In this document: positions 39,414 to 51,783 of the stretch, in pieces | Layout of the letters: each line of letters begins with the position of its first letter | Numbering within the stretch: the first letter of the stretch is position 1 | Source: Squalus acanthias | Taxonomy: Eukaryota | Reading direction: 5' to 3' | Assembly (NCBI GenBank): GCA_030390025.1 | Contig: CM059431.1 | Coordinates: 159,156,001-159,220,000 of the forward strand | DNA: 64,000 nucleotides | Position numbers and translations under genes: made by a program | The notes under the pieces: generated by a model | What the model was told of the DNA's origin: nothing | Database searches by the model: none | The model's input: the letters and a program-made list of their open reading frames with translations, nothing else

Positions 39414-39583
39414 CTTATGAATTGTTTCAGTAAACACGTTTGCATCTAAGAGCGATTGACTAACAGCTTCCACGAATTCTTCAATTGACGATTCTAGTCT
39501 CTGACGGTAGCAGCCGATAATTCTTCCAAGATGGATATCGGTGTAGATCGCCAACATTAGTAACATTTTAGTCTCTGAATTTT
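39414..39583 (-). pseudogene. Exon A2 (CARD-like N-half) with splice donor mutated GT->AT
   Basis: Open 170-nt frame (ORF 39384-39566), but the boundary reads AAG|ATATGC. Confidence 0.75.
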
Positions 39584-41606
39584 CTGTAAAAGTGTAAATG
39601 AGAACAGGTTACAATACTATGTTTGCTTTGAAGCAATGAATAATTTGAACTAACTTTTAGAGCAGCAGCTTTTATTTAGAGCCTTTCAAACAGTGAGACG
39701 GCCAATGGCGCCTCACAGAGCAGGAATTTAGAGTTAAAGCTGCCTCTTTTTCGTAGAGTTAAGAGAAAGGACCTAGATCTTGCAACATTTGGAGGTTGTT
39801 TAAAGTAAGTAGGAAGTAAAGAGTGGAAGCCCAAGGCAACTGATTACAGACAGTGGAACTCACGACTTTGTTGGAGTCCTGAGAAGAGGAACCAATAATC
39901 TGGGGACCACAGCAAAGGGAGAGGATGGACCAGAAATAAAAGAGGGTTTCTGAAGAAGACTGTAAATTTAAGACGCTCGAGACCGTAAAGGGAACTGTAG
40001 ATGAGTAGGAGTCTTTCACAAATTGTCTGGGATACGAAGTGAATGTAGGTCACCGACGAATGGGATTATGCATAAGTGGAAATGAGGGTGAATTGATGAA
40101 TTGAAGCTGTCGAGCTCTGGAGATTCTATCTGGCAGTGCCCAAAAGTCGTTTAAGGAATCGAGTCTAAACCTCACAAAAGCGTATCTAAATCACGCGAAA
40201 ATATTCATATGTTATCATATATCCAGAAAATTTAAATATGATGGTTGCGGACGGTGATCTGAGAATCCATTCGAAATTTATTGCTTGGAATCACCAGATG
40301 CTGCTGAGCAATTAGAAATAGTCGTGACTGTCGCTTGTTAGCCTAAAGAGCTAATAAATAATGCACAGATAGTTAAAGAAAGTAACAGTAAATACAAGCT
40401 CATTCCTTCTTTCTTGGGAAAACTAAACTGCGATACGGACCGGAGAAATTGAAATACTGTGAATCTAAATGTACTCAAAATAAATTTGATAGATATCAAT
40501 ACAACAATTACAAGAACACACCATTGGGATAATGTTATTGATATCAAATTGAAATAATAATTAAATCTCAAATACCACATCTGAAACATGACAATAGCTG
40601 GTAGGAATCATAATTGAATGTACCTGATTCTACAATGCCTATCGATGGAAGTAGAAAGACCTGAGAGATACTAAATAAAGAACGGCCCGGTATTAGCGGT
40701 CAGCGCGAAGCAAAGACATTTGCTGCGGCCACAAAGTAAGCTTGACACAAAGATCTCGCAATCAGGTTTTCCGAAGTGTAATTCAAATCAACGGAGCATC
40801 ATTGGGAATCCCGAGTGCAAGCTGCTGTGAAGTCAACAGACTGTCTAAGCATCCAACCAAAACGCAGAATTCTCACAGACAGCGAACAAGGAAGTGAATA
40901 AGCTGTTAAACTTCTAACATTTAAAAAAATGATTCAGCGAACGAAACAAATATTGGGGCTCTAACATGGGGGACATGCAAAGCAGAAATAAGGAGGAAAA
41001 ATCCTTTAAAATAATTACATTTTCAGAATAATGTTAATTTTTATTTAAATGAATAAAGTTGTCTCAGCACAAAATTTAAATTAGATTCTCTGGCCATCAA
41101 ATTTGCTTAGAATTCAATACGCTCTTGCAATCCAGTTACACCCTCGCTTTCAGTCAAACTATTAGAGGGGAATTCAAGAGCGCAATTACGGTGAAAGAGC
41201 CGAAGATTACATCAGTTTCCCTGATTTGAGAGATTTCCCTGATTACCGGGTCTGGGTGGGCACAGCGTAGCCTCTGCAATTTTATTGGAGTCAAAGGATG
41301 GGAACACAGGACCGAGCGAACAACGGGCAGCAGATGCAATACCGACCGTTTTTCGGCGAGGACAGAACACAGGCCGTGTCGCATCCATCGCCTATTATAT
41401 GTTGCGCGCGAATAAACTTGACTTGAGCTGATTATCGGGCGTGTGTGTAACTGTCGGCAAATGTTACCGTCCATTGTGTGTCCCCGACAATTAGAATTTC
41501 ATCCTCCTGAACATTAACTTAAAACAAGTTCCAAGACATAAATAATGAACTCTCTTACTCTGAAAGTAAACGAGATCTTTTGCAATTAGATTTTGAAATC
41601 GCATAC

Positions 41607-41805
41607 CTTCTAGATCATGTTTTGTCCCTGTATCTCTGTTCTGCATCTCAGACAATGTCGCTTTCAGGTTGGGTTTTGTATTCTGCAGTTGAAGAAATAT
41701 GTTCCACATTGTTCTTTCTCCCCGAGCTCCCTTTTCCAGCACGGTATCGAAAATGCGTTGGGAAGCATCGTTTCTGCGCGAACTTTCAGCAAGTGTACTG
41801 ATTTC
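41607..41805 (-). CDS. Exon B2 (CARD-like C-half)
   Basis: Acceptor atgttttcag|, donor AAG|GTATGC, open (within ORF 41491-41835). Confidence 0.8.
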
Positions 41806-42528
41806 CTGAAAACATATTGCAATCATATTGAACAATGTATTTTACAAAATCAGCTAAGAAACGTCGGTTTTGTTTCACCCTCTCTTTACGGGAGGAATGA
41901 ATAGAAAAGCTCACAATCAGGTGACCAAAATCTATGTCAACGAGATAAGTTATAAGGAGCGTCACTAAAGATCAGGGAATGGCAGATTGCCGGAGAGGAT
42001 TCGAAAGTTAATTCCAGAGTTTAGAACCGTAGCAGCACACCGCACTGCTACCAATGGAGGCGTGAAGAGAATTGGGGTTGCGCAATGGTTCAGAATTTGA
42101 TGAGCACCGAGATCACGGAGGATTGTAGGGCTGGAGGATGTTGCAGAGATAGAGAGGACCAGCGTTGAGTCACCGAGGTAAGCTGAATTTTCTCAACTGA
42201 TATGGAAAAATGTTAAGTGCCAAATAAAAGGGTAAAAGTCAGATTTCAGGAATATGGTTCGTGCAAAATGAAGCATTATTTGTTGTTAGTAACAGCAACG
42301 TTCTGGAAAGCTCACAAAGTGCTTTCAGAAACTCAAACTGCACAGATTGCAAAACAATGCGGTTGAAATTGGAATCGGCCAGTCGCATGACAGGTGCTGA
42401 TAGCGAATGGTCGGCTCGTGTTACAGGCGTCCTTATTTCTTTACCATTGATTGCAATAAGACTTCCGTTCATTTCAAGTAACATTCATCGAAACAGCAGC
42501 TCAAGCTTATCAGTCAGTCCTTCATCTT

Positions 42529-45500
42529 ACATAGAAACATAGAAACATAGAAAATAGGTACAGGAGTAGACCATTCGGTCCTTCGAGCCTGCACCGCCAT
42601 TCAATGCGTTCATGGCTGAACATGCTACCTCAGTACCCCATTCCTGCTTTCTCGCCATACCCCTTGATCCCCTTAGTTGTGAGTGTTATATCTAACTCCA
42701 TTTTGAATATATTTAGCGAACTGGCCTCAACAACCTTCTGTGGAAGAGAATTCCATAGATTCACCACTCTCTGGGTGAAGAAGTTCCTCCTCAGCTCAGT
42801 CCTAAATGGCTTCCCCTTAATCCTTAGACTGTGACCCCTGGTTCTAGTTTTCCCTACCATTGGGAACATTCTGCCCGCATCTAATTTGTCTAAACCAGTC
42901 AGGATTTTAAATGTCTCTATAAGATCCCCCCTCATTCTTCTGAACTCCAGAGGATACAAGTTCAGTTGACCCAATCTTTCTTGATATGTCAGTCCGGCCA
43001 TCCCAGGAATCAATCTAGTGAACCTTCGCTGCACTCCCTCAATAGCAAGAATGTCCTTCCTTAAGTTAGGAGACCAAAACTGCGCACAATACTCCAGGTG
43101 TGGCCTCACCACGGCCCTGCACAACTGTAGCATCACCTCCCTACTCCTGTACTCAAATCCCCTTACTATGAAGGCCATCATTCCGTTTGCTTTCTTGACT
43201 GCCTGCTGCACTTGCATTCCCACCTTCAGTGACTGATGTACCATGACGCCCAGGTCTCGTTGCACGTCCCCTTTCCCTAATCTGCCACCATTCAGGTAAT
43301 AGTCCGCCTCTCTATTTTTACCACCAAAGTGGATAACCTCACATTTATCCACATTGTACTTCATCTGCCATACATTTGCCCATTCACCCAACCTGTCCAA
43401 GTCACTCTGTAGCCTCCTAGCATCCTCCTCATTGTTCACACTGCCTCCCAATTTAGTGTCATCCGCAAATTTGGAGATATTACATTTAATCCCTTCGTCC
43501 AAATCATTAATATATAATGTAAACAGCTGGGGTCCCAGCACCGAACCCTGCGGTACCCCGCTGGTCACTGCCTGCCATTCTGAAAAGTACCCATTTACTC
43601 CTACTCTTTGTTTCCTGTGTGCCAACCAGTTCTCAATCCACGTCAACACATTACCCCCAATCCCATGTGCTTTAACTTTGCTCACCAATCTCTTGTGTGG
43701 GACCTTGTCGAAGGCCTTCTGAAAGTCCAAATACATCACATCTACTGGTTCCCCCCTGTCCACCCTATTGGAAACATCCTCAAAAAATTCCAGAAGATTT
43801 GTCAAGCATGATTTCCCTTTCACAAATCCATGCTGACTTGGACCTATCATGTCGCCACTTTCCAAATGGTCTGTTATGACATCTTTAATAATTGCTTCCA
43901 TCATTTTACCCACGACCGATGTCAGGCTGACCGGTCTATAATTCCCTGCTTTCTCCCTCCCTCCTTTTTTAAAAAGAGGGGTTACATTGGCCACCCTCCA
44001 CTCCATCGGAACTGATCCAGAGTCTAAGGAATGTTGGAAAATTATCGTCAATGCATCCACTATTTCCAAGGCCACCTCCTTAAGTACTCTGGGATGCAGA
44101 CCATCAGGCCCCGGGGATTTTTCAGCCTTCAGTCCCATCAATTTCCCCAATACCTTTTCCCGACTAATAAGGATTTCCCTCAGCTCCTCCCTCTTACCAG
44201 ATCCTCTGACCCCTTTTATTTCCGGCAGGTTGTGTGTGTCCTCCACAGTAAACACCGAACCAAAGTACTTGTTCAATTGATCTGCCATTTCCTTGTTCCC
44301 CATTACGACTTCCCCTGTTTCCGACTGCAGGGGACCTACGTTTGTTTTTACTAACCTCTTTCTTTTTACATATTTATAGAAGCTTTTGCAGTCCATTTTA
44401 ATGTTCTCTGCAAGCTTCCTTTCATATTTTATTTTCCCTGCCCTAATCAAACCCTTCGTCCTCCTCTGCTGAGTTTTGAAGTTCTCCCAGTCCCCGGGTT
44501 TGCTGCTACTTCTGGCCAATTTGTATGCAACTTCCTTGGTTTTAATACTATCCCTGATTTCCCTTGTTAGCCATGGTTGAGCCACCTTCCCTTTTTTATT
44601 TTTACGCCAGACCGGGATGTACAATTGTTGTAGTTCATCCATGCGATCTCTAAATGTCTGCCATTGCCCTTCCACTGATAGCCCCTTAAATATCGCTTGC
44701 CAATTTAACCTCGCCAATTCACGCCTCATACCCTCAAAGTTGCCCTTATATAAGTTCTGGACCATGGTCTCTGACTTAACTGTTTCCTTCTCCATCCTAA
44801 TGTAGAACTCTACCATACTATGGTCACTCTTCCCCAGGGGGCCTCGTACCACAAGATTGCTGATTAGTCCCTCCTCATTACACAACACCCAGTCCAGGAT
44901 GGCCTCCCCTCGAGTTGGTTCCTCAACATATTGGTTTAGGAAACCATCCCTTAAACACTCCAGGAAATCCTCCTCCACCGTATTGCTTCCAGTTTGAGTA
45001 GCCCAATCTATATGCATATTAAAGTCACCCATGATAACTGCCGTGCCTTTTTTGCACGCACCTCTGATTTCCTGTTTCATACCCTCCCCCACCTCACTAC
45101 TGCTGTTTGGAGATCTGTACACAACTCCCACTAACGTTTTCTGCCCTTTGGTGTTCTGCAGCTCAACCCATATTGATTCCACATCCTCCAAGCTGATGTC
45201 CTTCCTAGCTATTGCATTAATCTCCTCTTTAACCAGCAATGCTACCCCACCCCCTTTTCCTTTTATTCTATCCTTTCTGAATGTTGAATACCCCTGGATG
45301 TTCAGTTCCCAGCCTTGATTGTTCTGGAGCCACGTCTCTGTAATCCCAATCACATCGTATCCGTTAACATCTATTTGCACAGTCAATTCATCCACCTTAT
45401 TACGGATACTCCTTGCATTAAGACACAGAGCCTTTAGGCTTGTTATATTAACATCCTTTGTCCTTTTAGACTTATGATTTAGTATGGCCCTTTGTGTTTC

Positions 45501-45566
45501 TTGCCTATGTTTACTCGGCCTTCCCCTATTGTTTCTCACCCTTCTAACATTTGTTTCTGACTGCAA
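42529..45566 (-). mobile_element. Young 5'-truncated CR1 LINE
   Basis: (TTTCTATG)n tail at ~42529-42553. Other units show the empty site ttcatcttctatatgaac. Confidence 0.97.
42630..45566 (-). CDS. CR1 ORF2 protein (APE endonuclease + reverse transcriptase), uninterrupted 978 codons
   Basis: LCLNARSIRNK, GITETWL, MGDFN, SDH, YRPVSLTS, YLDFQKAFDKVPH, GVPQGSVLGP, FADDTKL, and complete C-terminus. The frame is open up to the 5' truncation; the listed start is a TTG. Confidence 0.95.
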   Translation of the reverse strand: MQSETNVRRVRNNRGRPSKHRQETQRAILNHKSKRTKDVNITSLKALCLNARSIRNKVDELTVQIDVNGYDVIGITETWLQNNQGWELNIQGYSTFRKDRIKGKGGGVALLVKEEINAIARKDISLEDVESIWVELQNTKGQKTLVGVVYRSPNSSSEVGEGMKQEIRGACKKGTAVIMGDFNMHIDWATQTGSNTVEEDFLECLRDGFLNQYVEEPTRGEAILDWVLCNEEGLISNLVVRGPLGKSDHSMVEFYIRMEKETVKSETMVQNLYKGNFEGMRRELARLNWQAIFKGLSVEGQWQTFRDRMDELQQLYIPVWRKNKKGKVAQPWLTREIRDSIKTKEVAYKLARSSSKPGDWENFKTQQRRTKGLIRAGKIKYERKLAENIKMDCKSFYKYVKRKRLVKTNVGPLQSETGEVVMGNKEMADQLNKYFGSVFTVEDTHNLPEIKGVRGSGKREELREILISREKVLGKLMGLKAEKSPGPDGLHPRVLKEVALEIVDALTIIFQHSLDSGSVPMEWRVANVTPLFKKGGREKAGNYRPVSLTSVVGKMMEAIIKDVITDHLESGDMIGPSQHGFVKGKSCLTNLLEFFEDVSNRVDRGEPVDVMYLDFQKAFDKVPHKRLVSKVKAHGIGGNVLTWIENWLAHRKQRVGVNGYFSEWQAVTSGVPQGSVLGPQLFTLYINDLDEGIKCNISKFADDTKLGGSVNNEEDARRLQSDLDRLGEWANVWQMKYNVDKCEVIHFGGKNREADYYLNGGRLGKGDVQRDLGVMVHQSLKVGMQVQQAVKKANGMMAFIVRGFEYRSREVMLQLCRAVVRPHLEYCAQFWSPNLRKDILAIEGVQRRFTRLIPGMAGLTYQERLGQLNLYPLEFRRMRGDLIETFKILTGLDKLDAGRMFPMVGKTRTRGHSLRIKGKPFRTELRRNFFTQRVVNLWNSLPQKVVEASSLNIFKMELDITLTTKGIKGYGEKAGMGY

Positions 45567-48500
45567 ATATGAACCATTTGCTTTGAATACCTGAATAGTC
45601 CTGTCTTATGAGTAACTATATTATTTGAAGTGTTTATGAAATGTGATCATTGTCCCGAAAATTGTCTCATGCCAATCACCAAATTCTTAAACTGTCAACG
45701 TTTTACCTTCTGCTCGTTAACCTCTATGTTTCTTTGATTTGATTTATATAATCAACCCCCTACATTCAAGTTGTAAATCTACTTTCCATTTCCTTTTCTA
45801 TGCACATCCAAATAATTCTTGTATGTGCACCAGTCCTTTTATTATCGTGTAATTCCTTTATATCGTATCGCAATCATTTCCGACTTGGTACCTTCGTATT
45901 GCTTCCCGACGGAATTATCTGATCCATTCCGTCCCAATATATCTGGGCTAGTGTGTTCTTGATTTGTGGAAATTGGTTATCCTGTACATATATATTGCGT
46001 TGATTTACTGTTCTTCTGAATTCTAATGATATCATTGCTTCTTCGATATCCGTTATCCGTTTGCAGAAATGGATCCAATACTCATTCCTTCCCTGTTGTT
46101 CTGGAAACGTACCCATCTATCTCACGTCCTGGATACGTGGCAGATAGCACACTCCCTCTTCCACCCGTACATCACTTCGATACTTTAGATATTTAAAGTC
46201 ATCCATATCTCTGATACCATCGCTAAAATGTCTCCATTTTTTCAATATATCGCTTCCTCAATACGTGACCCACCACTTGTGCATGATAATGAGCTCCTCA
46301 TAGTTAATGGCCAGTTTTTTTCGATCGCAGGAATCCCGGGTGCGCAGTTCTGCAATCTGAAAAAATCTACGCCCTTACCTTCGGGATCCAGGTACGCACA
46401 GGATTCCGATCCTGGGCCTCTCCAATCTCCACTTGCGCATGGCCGTATTATCCCAGAGGCACAGGTAGATTACAGGGTTCATGGGATCATGTGGGCTATG
46501 GGGATCCAATCAAAGTAGGGAAACTGCATTCATACACTTGACAGGAACACCTGTCAAATATATGAATGGAGATCACCCCAAAAACATATTGGCCCGGAAA
46601 TTCCTTTCGCAGGCCGCCCCCGGGCGGAGGACTGCGATCTAGAAAAATCTGTGACTGGATTGGAGGACTCCCGGGAGGCGCAGAGTTCCGTTGCTTGGTC
46701 TCTCCAAACTTCGGGTGCGCAGCGCCCACGTATCCCAGAGGCGCAGGCGGTTCGCAGCGTCCCTGGGATCACGTAGGGAGCCAATCAGAGAAGGGAATCT
46801 CCCTTCATACACCTGACAGTAAGACCTGTCCAATATATGAATGGAATTCACCCCGAAAACATAGTAAAAGCTAGCCTTAGCTCTGCTTATAGCAGGCATA
46901 CAATTTCTAATGGTTTTCTGCAGGCGGGGGTTCTCCAAAAAGCGGAACTATCCGTCCGCAGAGGACCTTGTCCAGGCTTGGCGTCCAATCTGTCAAGAGC
47001 ATTCTTGACAGATCGGAAATTACGGATTTCAGCGCATGCGCTTGGCATGCCTGAAACCGGCATTTCCGATGTCCCTGCGGTTGTGTACACAGCGCGTACA
47101 CACCCGTAAGGATCGGAAAATACCGGCCCATTAACGCCAAGCTCCCAGACGTGCGCTTACATTTACCATGTCTTCATATCATAACTTCCTAGAGCATCAT
47201 CAGACAAACTCTACCTTCAACCAATCAGCTTTATTCACCATCCTTTATTAATATATTTGTTATATAACTTCAGTAAATAATCGAAAAGAGACCAGATAGA
47301 CATCAAGGATGCGACTCGGAATTTTATTTTAAATAAAACATGATGGCTGTCATGACAGGAGATGCCGGTAATGGTGATGTCCCTGAGCATTGGGCAGAAG
47401 AATGAACGTGAAGGCTTAAAGTTGCGTAACCCATGGCCTGGATGAATTTTGCGAGTGCTTGGTGAGACGTAGAATAATGCAGATATTTTGAGGTTATTAA
47501 TTATACGTAATAACTGTGGCAGGGAAGTTGGTAGATAGGCAGGTAGAATCAGCCATGCAGTGAAGTTGGAAGGAGAAAAGAAATGGAAGCAACGAATTGA
47601 ATATGTTCAGTAGAAAGTTCTAGAAATTGGTGCCACCGGCAGTGACTCACACGAATCGTCTCGTTTAATTAAAATGCTCGTCTGCTTTGCTAAAGAACGG
47701 ATAGAACTTCTCGGCCGTGAGCGACAGCTTATTTTAAATATGTCAGTTAATTTATTTTCCTGAGATTAGATATATGTGGCTATTAGATGTTCTATCTAGC
47801 TCCAGGATATCCATTGAGTCTTTGCTGCGGACGCGTGATGGTTGTGCTGCTAGTGGTATCTTATTCAAATATTCATTACAATATTTGGCCCGTAATTTCC
47901 TTTAGGAGGCTTCCTACGTGCGGTTGACTCCTGTCGGGAATAAATCTACGCCCTTACCTGAGTGCTCCCGAGGAGGAGCCATTTCCGATCCTGGGCCTTA
48001 CCACAGCAGAAATGCGCAGGGCCCACCTGATCCCAGGGACGCTTGCGAAGCTCGTGAGCCCCTGAGATAGGTGGACAGGCGAGAGAATAGAAGGGAATCT
48101 CCCTTCATACCTTTGACAGATAGAGCTGTCAAAGGTATGAATGGAGATCACCTAAAAAACAAATCAAAACAATAAATACATTTTTCAAAAGCATCGCGTT
48201 TTTAAAATGAGTAACATTTAAATACATTTTAAATAATTTAAACAAAAATTTAATGTTTTGAAAAAATGGATTATAGATTTTTACGGAGCTAAAATTAAAA
48301 TTACCTTATTTAGAAGTACTTAAAAATTATAAATGAGCGAAAAGATATGTATTTTTTTACTTTTTTAACCTCTTGTGCTCTGAAAAGCAGGCCTTACGCC
48401 TGCTTTTACCAGGAGTACGATTTTTAGGTGTTTTCAAGACCGGATGTCCTGCAGCAAGCGGAAATCTCCACCCGCAGAGGCAATTCTCTGGGGCAAGCGT

Positions 48501-49389
48501 CCGATCTGTCAAGATGATTCTTGACAGATCGGAAATGCCGGTATTAGCGCATGCGCTTCGCATGCCTGAAACCGGCATTACCGATGTCCCTCCCGGTGTG
48601 TCCACAGCGCGTACTCACACGTAGGCAACGGAAAATACGAGCCATTGTGTCTTGGCGTGTTCCTTGCAATCCTGAAATTTGAATTAATGGCTCCTTGGAT
48701 AGGATGCCATTTATGTCCGATTACAGAAACAACAGTAACCCGAATCCCTGCAGAAATACGGCCAAGGTAAATAGCTTAACTGCAAGACGTTTTCCAGTGA
48801 ATTATCAGTTGATTAGATAGTCTCTTTCTGCAGATGGTTTTTGCATGTCACTTATGCGGCACAAATGTTACTTGCTAATTATCCACCAAAACTGGCATGT
48901 TGACCAGATCTTGTTGCATACGGGCATGGACTGTTTAGTTACCGGAGGAATTGGGAATGGAATTCAACACTGCAATCATCAGTGTACAGCCCAAATTCTG
49001 ACCGTATGACAGAAAAACAGGAATTGATGATGCAGCTGACAATATTTGGGTCGAGGATTCTTCCACGTTGAACTCATGGTTATAACATGAGATGCTGTTC
49101 TCTTCTTATTTAACGCATTAAAAACCTCAAGTTCTGTTTCCTTTGAGACGATATTAGCTGTAATCTAAGAGCACGTAAAAGGGTGGGCCGTGAGATGGCT
49201 GTTATAATTCACCCCATGGCTTTCATGTCCTTGCACCACCACACCTGCGCCGCGAACATAATGTCGCCAGAGAATACAACCTTTACACCAGCAAACCATG
49301 CCGTTCCAGACCGATTTGAACAATCTCCCACCAACCCGTCTCAAATTTATGAGGCCTATTTAGACAATTCCAACATATATGTAGCATAC

Positions 49390-49559
49390 CTTATGAATGG
49401 TTTCAGTAAACACGTTTGCATCTAAGAGCGATTGACTAACAGCTTCCACGAATTCTTCAATTGACGATTCTAGTCTCTGACGGTAGCAACCGATAATTAT
49501 TCCAAGCTGGATATCCGTGTAGCTCGCCAACATTAGTAACATTTTAGTATCTGAATGTT
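49390..49559 (-). CDS. Exon A3 (CARD-like N-half), intact
   Basis: Canonical AG and AAG|GTATGC; open frame HSDTKMLLMLASYTDIQLGIIIGCYRQRLESSIEEFVEAVSQSLLDANVFTETIHK. Confidence 0.8.
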
Positions 49560-51584
49560 CTGTAAAAGTGTAAATGAGAACAGTTTACAATACTATGTTT
49601 GCTTTGAAACAATGAATAATTTGAACTATCGTTTAGAGCAACAGCTTATCTTTAGAGCCTTTCAAACAGTGAGACGGCAAATGGCGCCTCACACAGCAGG
49701 AATTTAGAGTTAAACTGCCTCCTTTTCGTAGAGTTAAGAGAAACGACCTAGTACTTGCAACATGTGGAGGTTGTTTAAAGTAAGTAGGAAGTAAAGAGTG
49801 GAAGCCCAAGGCAACGGATTCCAACCAGTGGTGCTGACGACATTGTTGGAGTCCGGAGCAGAGGAACCAATAATCCGAGGACCACAGCAAAGGGAGAGGA
49901 TGGACCAGAAATAAAAGAGGGTTTCTGAAGAAGACTGTAAAATTAAGACGCTCGAGACCGTAAAGGGAATTGTAGATGAGTAGGAGACTTTCACAAATTG
50001 TCTGGGATAGCAAGTGAATGTTGGTCACCGACGAATGGGATTATGGATAAGTGGAAATGAGGGTGAACTGATGAATTGAAGCAGTCGAGCTCTGGAGATT
50101 CTATCTGGAAGTGCCCTTAAGTCGTTTAAGGAATCAAGTCTAAACGTCACAAAAGCGTATCTAAATCACGAGCAAATATTCATATGTTATCATATATCCA
50201 GAAAATTAAAATATGATGGTTGCGGACGGTGATCTGAGAATCCATTCGAAATTTATTGCTTGGAATCACCAGATGCTGCTGAGCAATTAGAAATAGTCGT
50301 GACTGTCGCTTGTTCGCCTAAAGAGCTAATAGATAATGCACAGATAGTTAAAGAAAGTAACAGTAAATGCAAGCTCATTCCTTCTTTCTTGGGAAAACTA
50401 AACTGCGATACGGACCGGAGTAATTAAAATACTGTGAATCTAAATGTACTCAAAATAAATTTGATAGATATCAATACAACAATTACAAGAACACAACATT
50501 GGGAAAAAGTTATTGATATCAAATTGAAAAAATAACTAAATCTCAAATACCACGTCTGAAACAAGGCAATAGCTGGTAGGAATCATAATTGAATGTAAGT
50601 GATTCTAAAATGTCTATCGATGGAAGTAGAAAGACCTGAGAGATACTAAATAAAGAACGGCCCGGAATCAGCGGTGAGCGCGAAGCAAAGGCATTTGCTG
50701 CGGCCACAAAGTAAGCTTGACACAAAGATCTCGGAATCAGGTTTTCCGAAGTGTAATTCAAATCAACGGAGCATCATTGGGAATCCCGAGTGCAAGCTGC
50801 TGTGAAGTCAACAGGCTGTCTAAGCATCCAACCAAAACGCAGAATTCTCACAGACAGCGAACAAGGAAGTGAATAAGCTGTTAAACTTCTAACATTTAAA
50901 AAAATGATTCAACGAACGAAACAAATATTGGGGCTCTAACATGGGGAAAATGCAAAGCAGAAATAAGGAGGAAAAATCTTTTAAAATAATTACATATTCA
51001 GAATAATGTTAATTTTTATTTAAATTAATAAAGTTGTCTCTGCACAAAATTAAAAAATAGATTTTCTGGCCATCACATTTGTTTAGAATTCAATACGCTG
51101 TTGCAATCCAGTTACACCCTTCCCTTTCAGTCAAACTTTTAGTGGGGAATTCAAGAGCGCAATTACTGTGAAAGAGCCGAAGATTACATCAGTTTCCCTG
51201 ATTTGAGAGATTTCCCTGATTACCGGCTCTGGCTGGGCACCGCGCAGCCTCTGCAATTTTATTGGAGTCAAAGGATGGGAACATAGGACCGAAGGAACAA
51301 CGAGCAGCAGATGCAATACCGGCCGTTTTTCGGCGAGGACAAAACACAGGCCGTATCGCATCCATCGCCTATTATATGTTGCGCGCGAATAAACTTGAAT
51401 TGAGCTGAATATCGGGCGTGTGTGTAACTGTCGGCAAATGTCATCCGGCCATTGTGTGTCTCCGACAATTAGAATTGCATCCTCCTGGACATCAACTTAA
51501 AATAAGTTCCAAGACATAAATAATGAACTCTCTTAATCTGAAAGTAAATGAGATCTTTTGCAATTAGATTTTGACATCGCCTAC

Positions 51585-51783
51585 ATTCTAGATCATGTTT
51601 TGTCCCTGTACCTGTCTTCTGTATCTCTGACAATGTCGCTTTCAGTTTCGGTTTTGTATTCTGCAGTTGAAGAAATATGTTCCACATTGTTCTTTCTCCC
51701 CGAGCTCCCTTTTCCAGCGCGGTATCGAAAAAGCGTTGGGACGCATCGTATCTGCGCTGACTTTCAGCAAGTGTACTGATTTC
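51585..51783 (-). CDS. Exon B3 (CARD-like C-half) with an extra in-frame proximal donor at 51612
   Basis: Acceptor tttttttag|. Donors CAG|GTACAG (exon end 51612) and AAT|GTAGGC (exon end 51585). Open frame. Confidence 0.75.

Noticed and set aside
40624..40660. Possible 37-nt minus-strand exon between B and A (tctctcag|GTCTTT…ATCAG|gtacat)
   Set aside because: It would break the B->A frame, the donor is lost in the 50.6-kb copy, and the region is deleted in unit 1. It cannot be excluded as a UTR exon.
42239..42484. Recurrent ~81-93 aa ORFs on both strands next to the CR1 insertion site
   Set aside because: No recognisable domain or consistent splice sites, and the frame is broken in the 52.2-kb copy.
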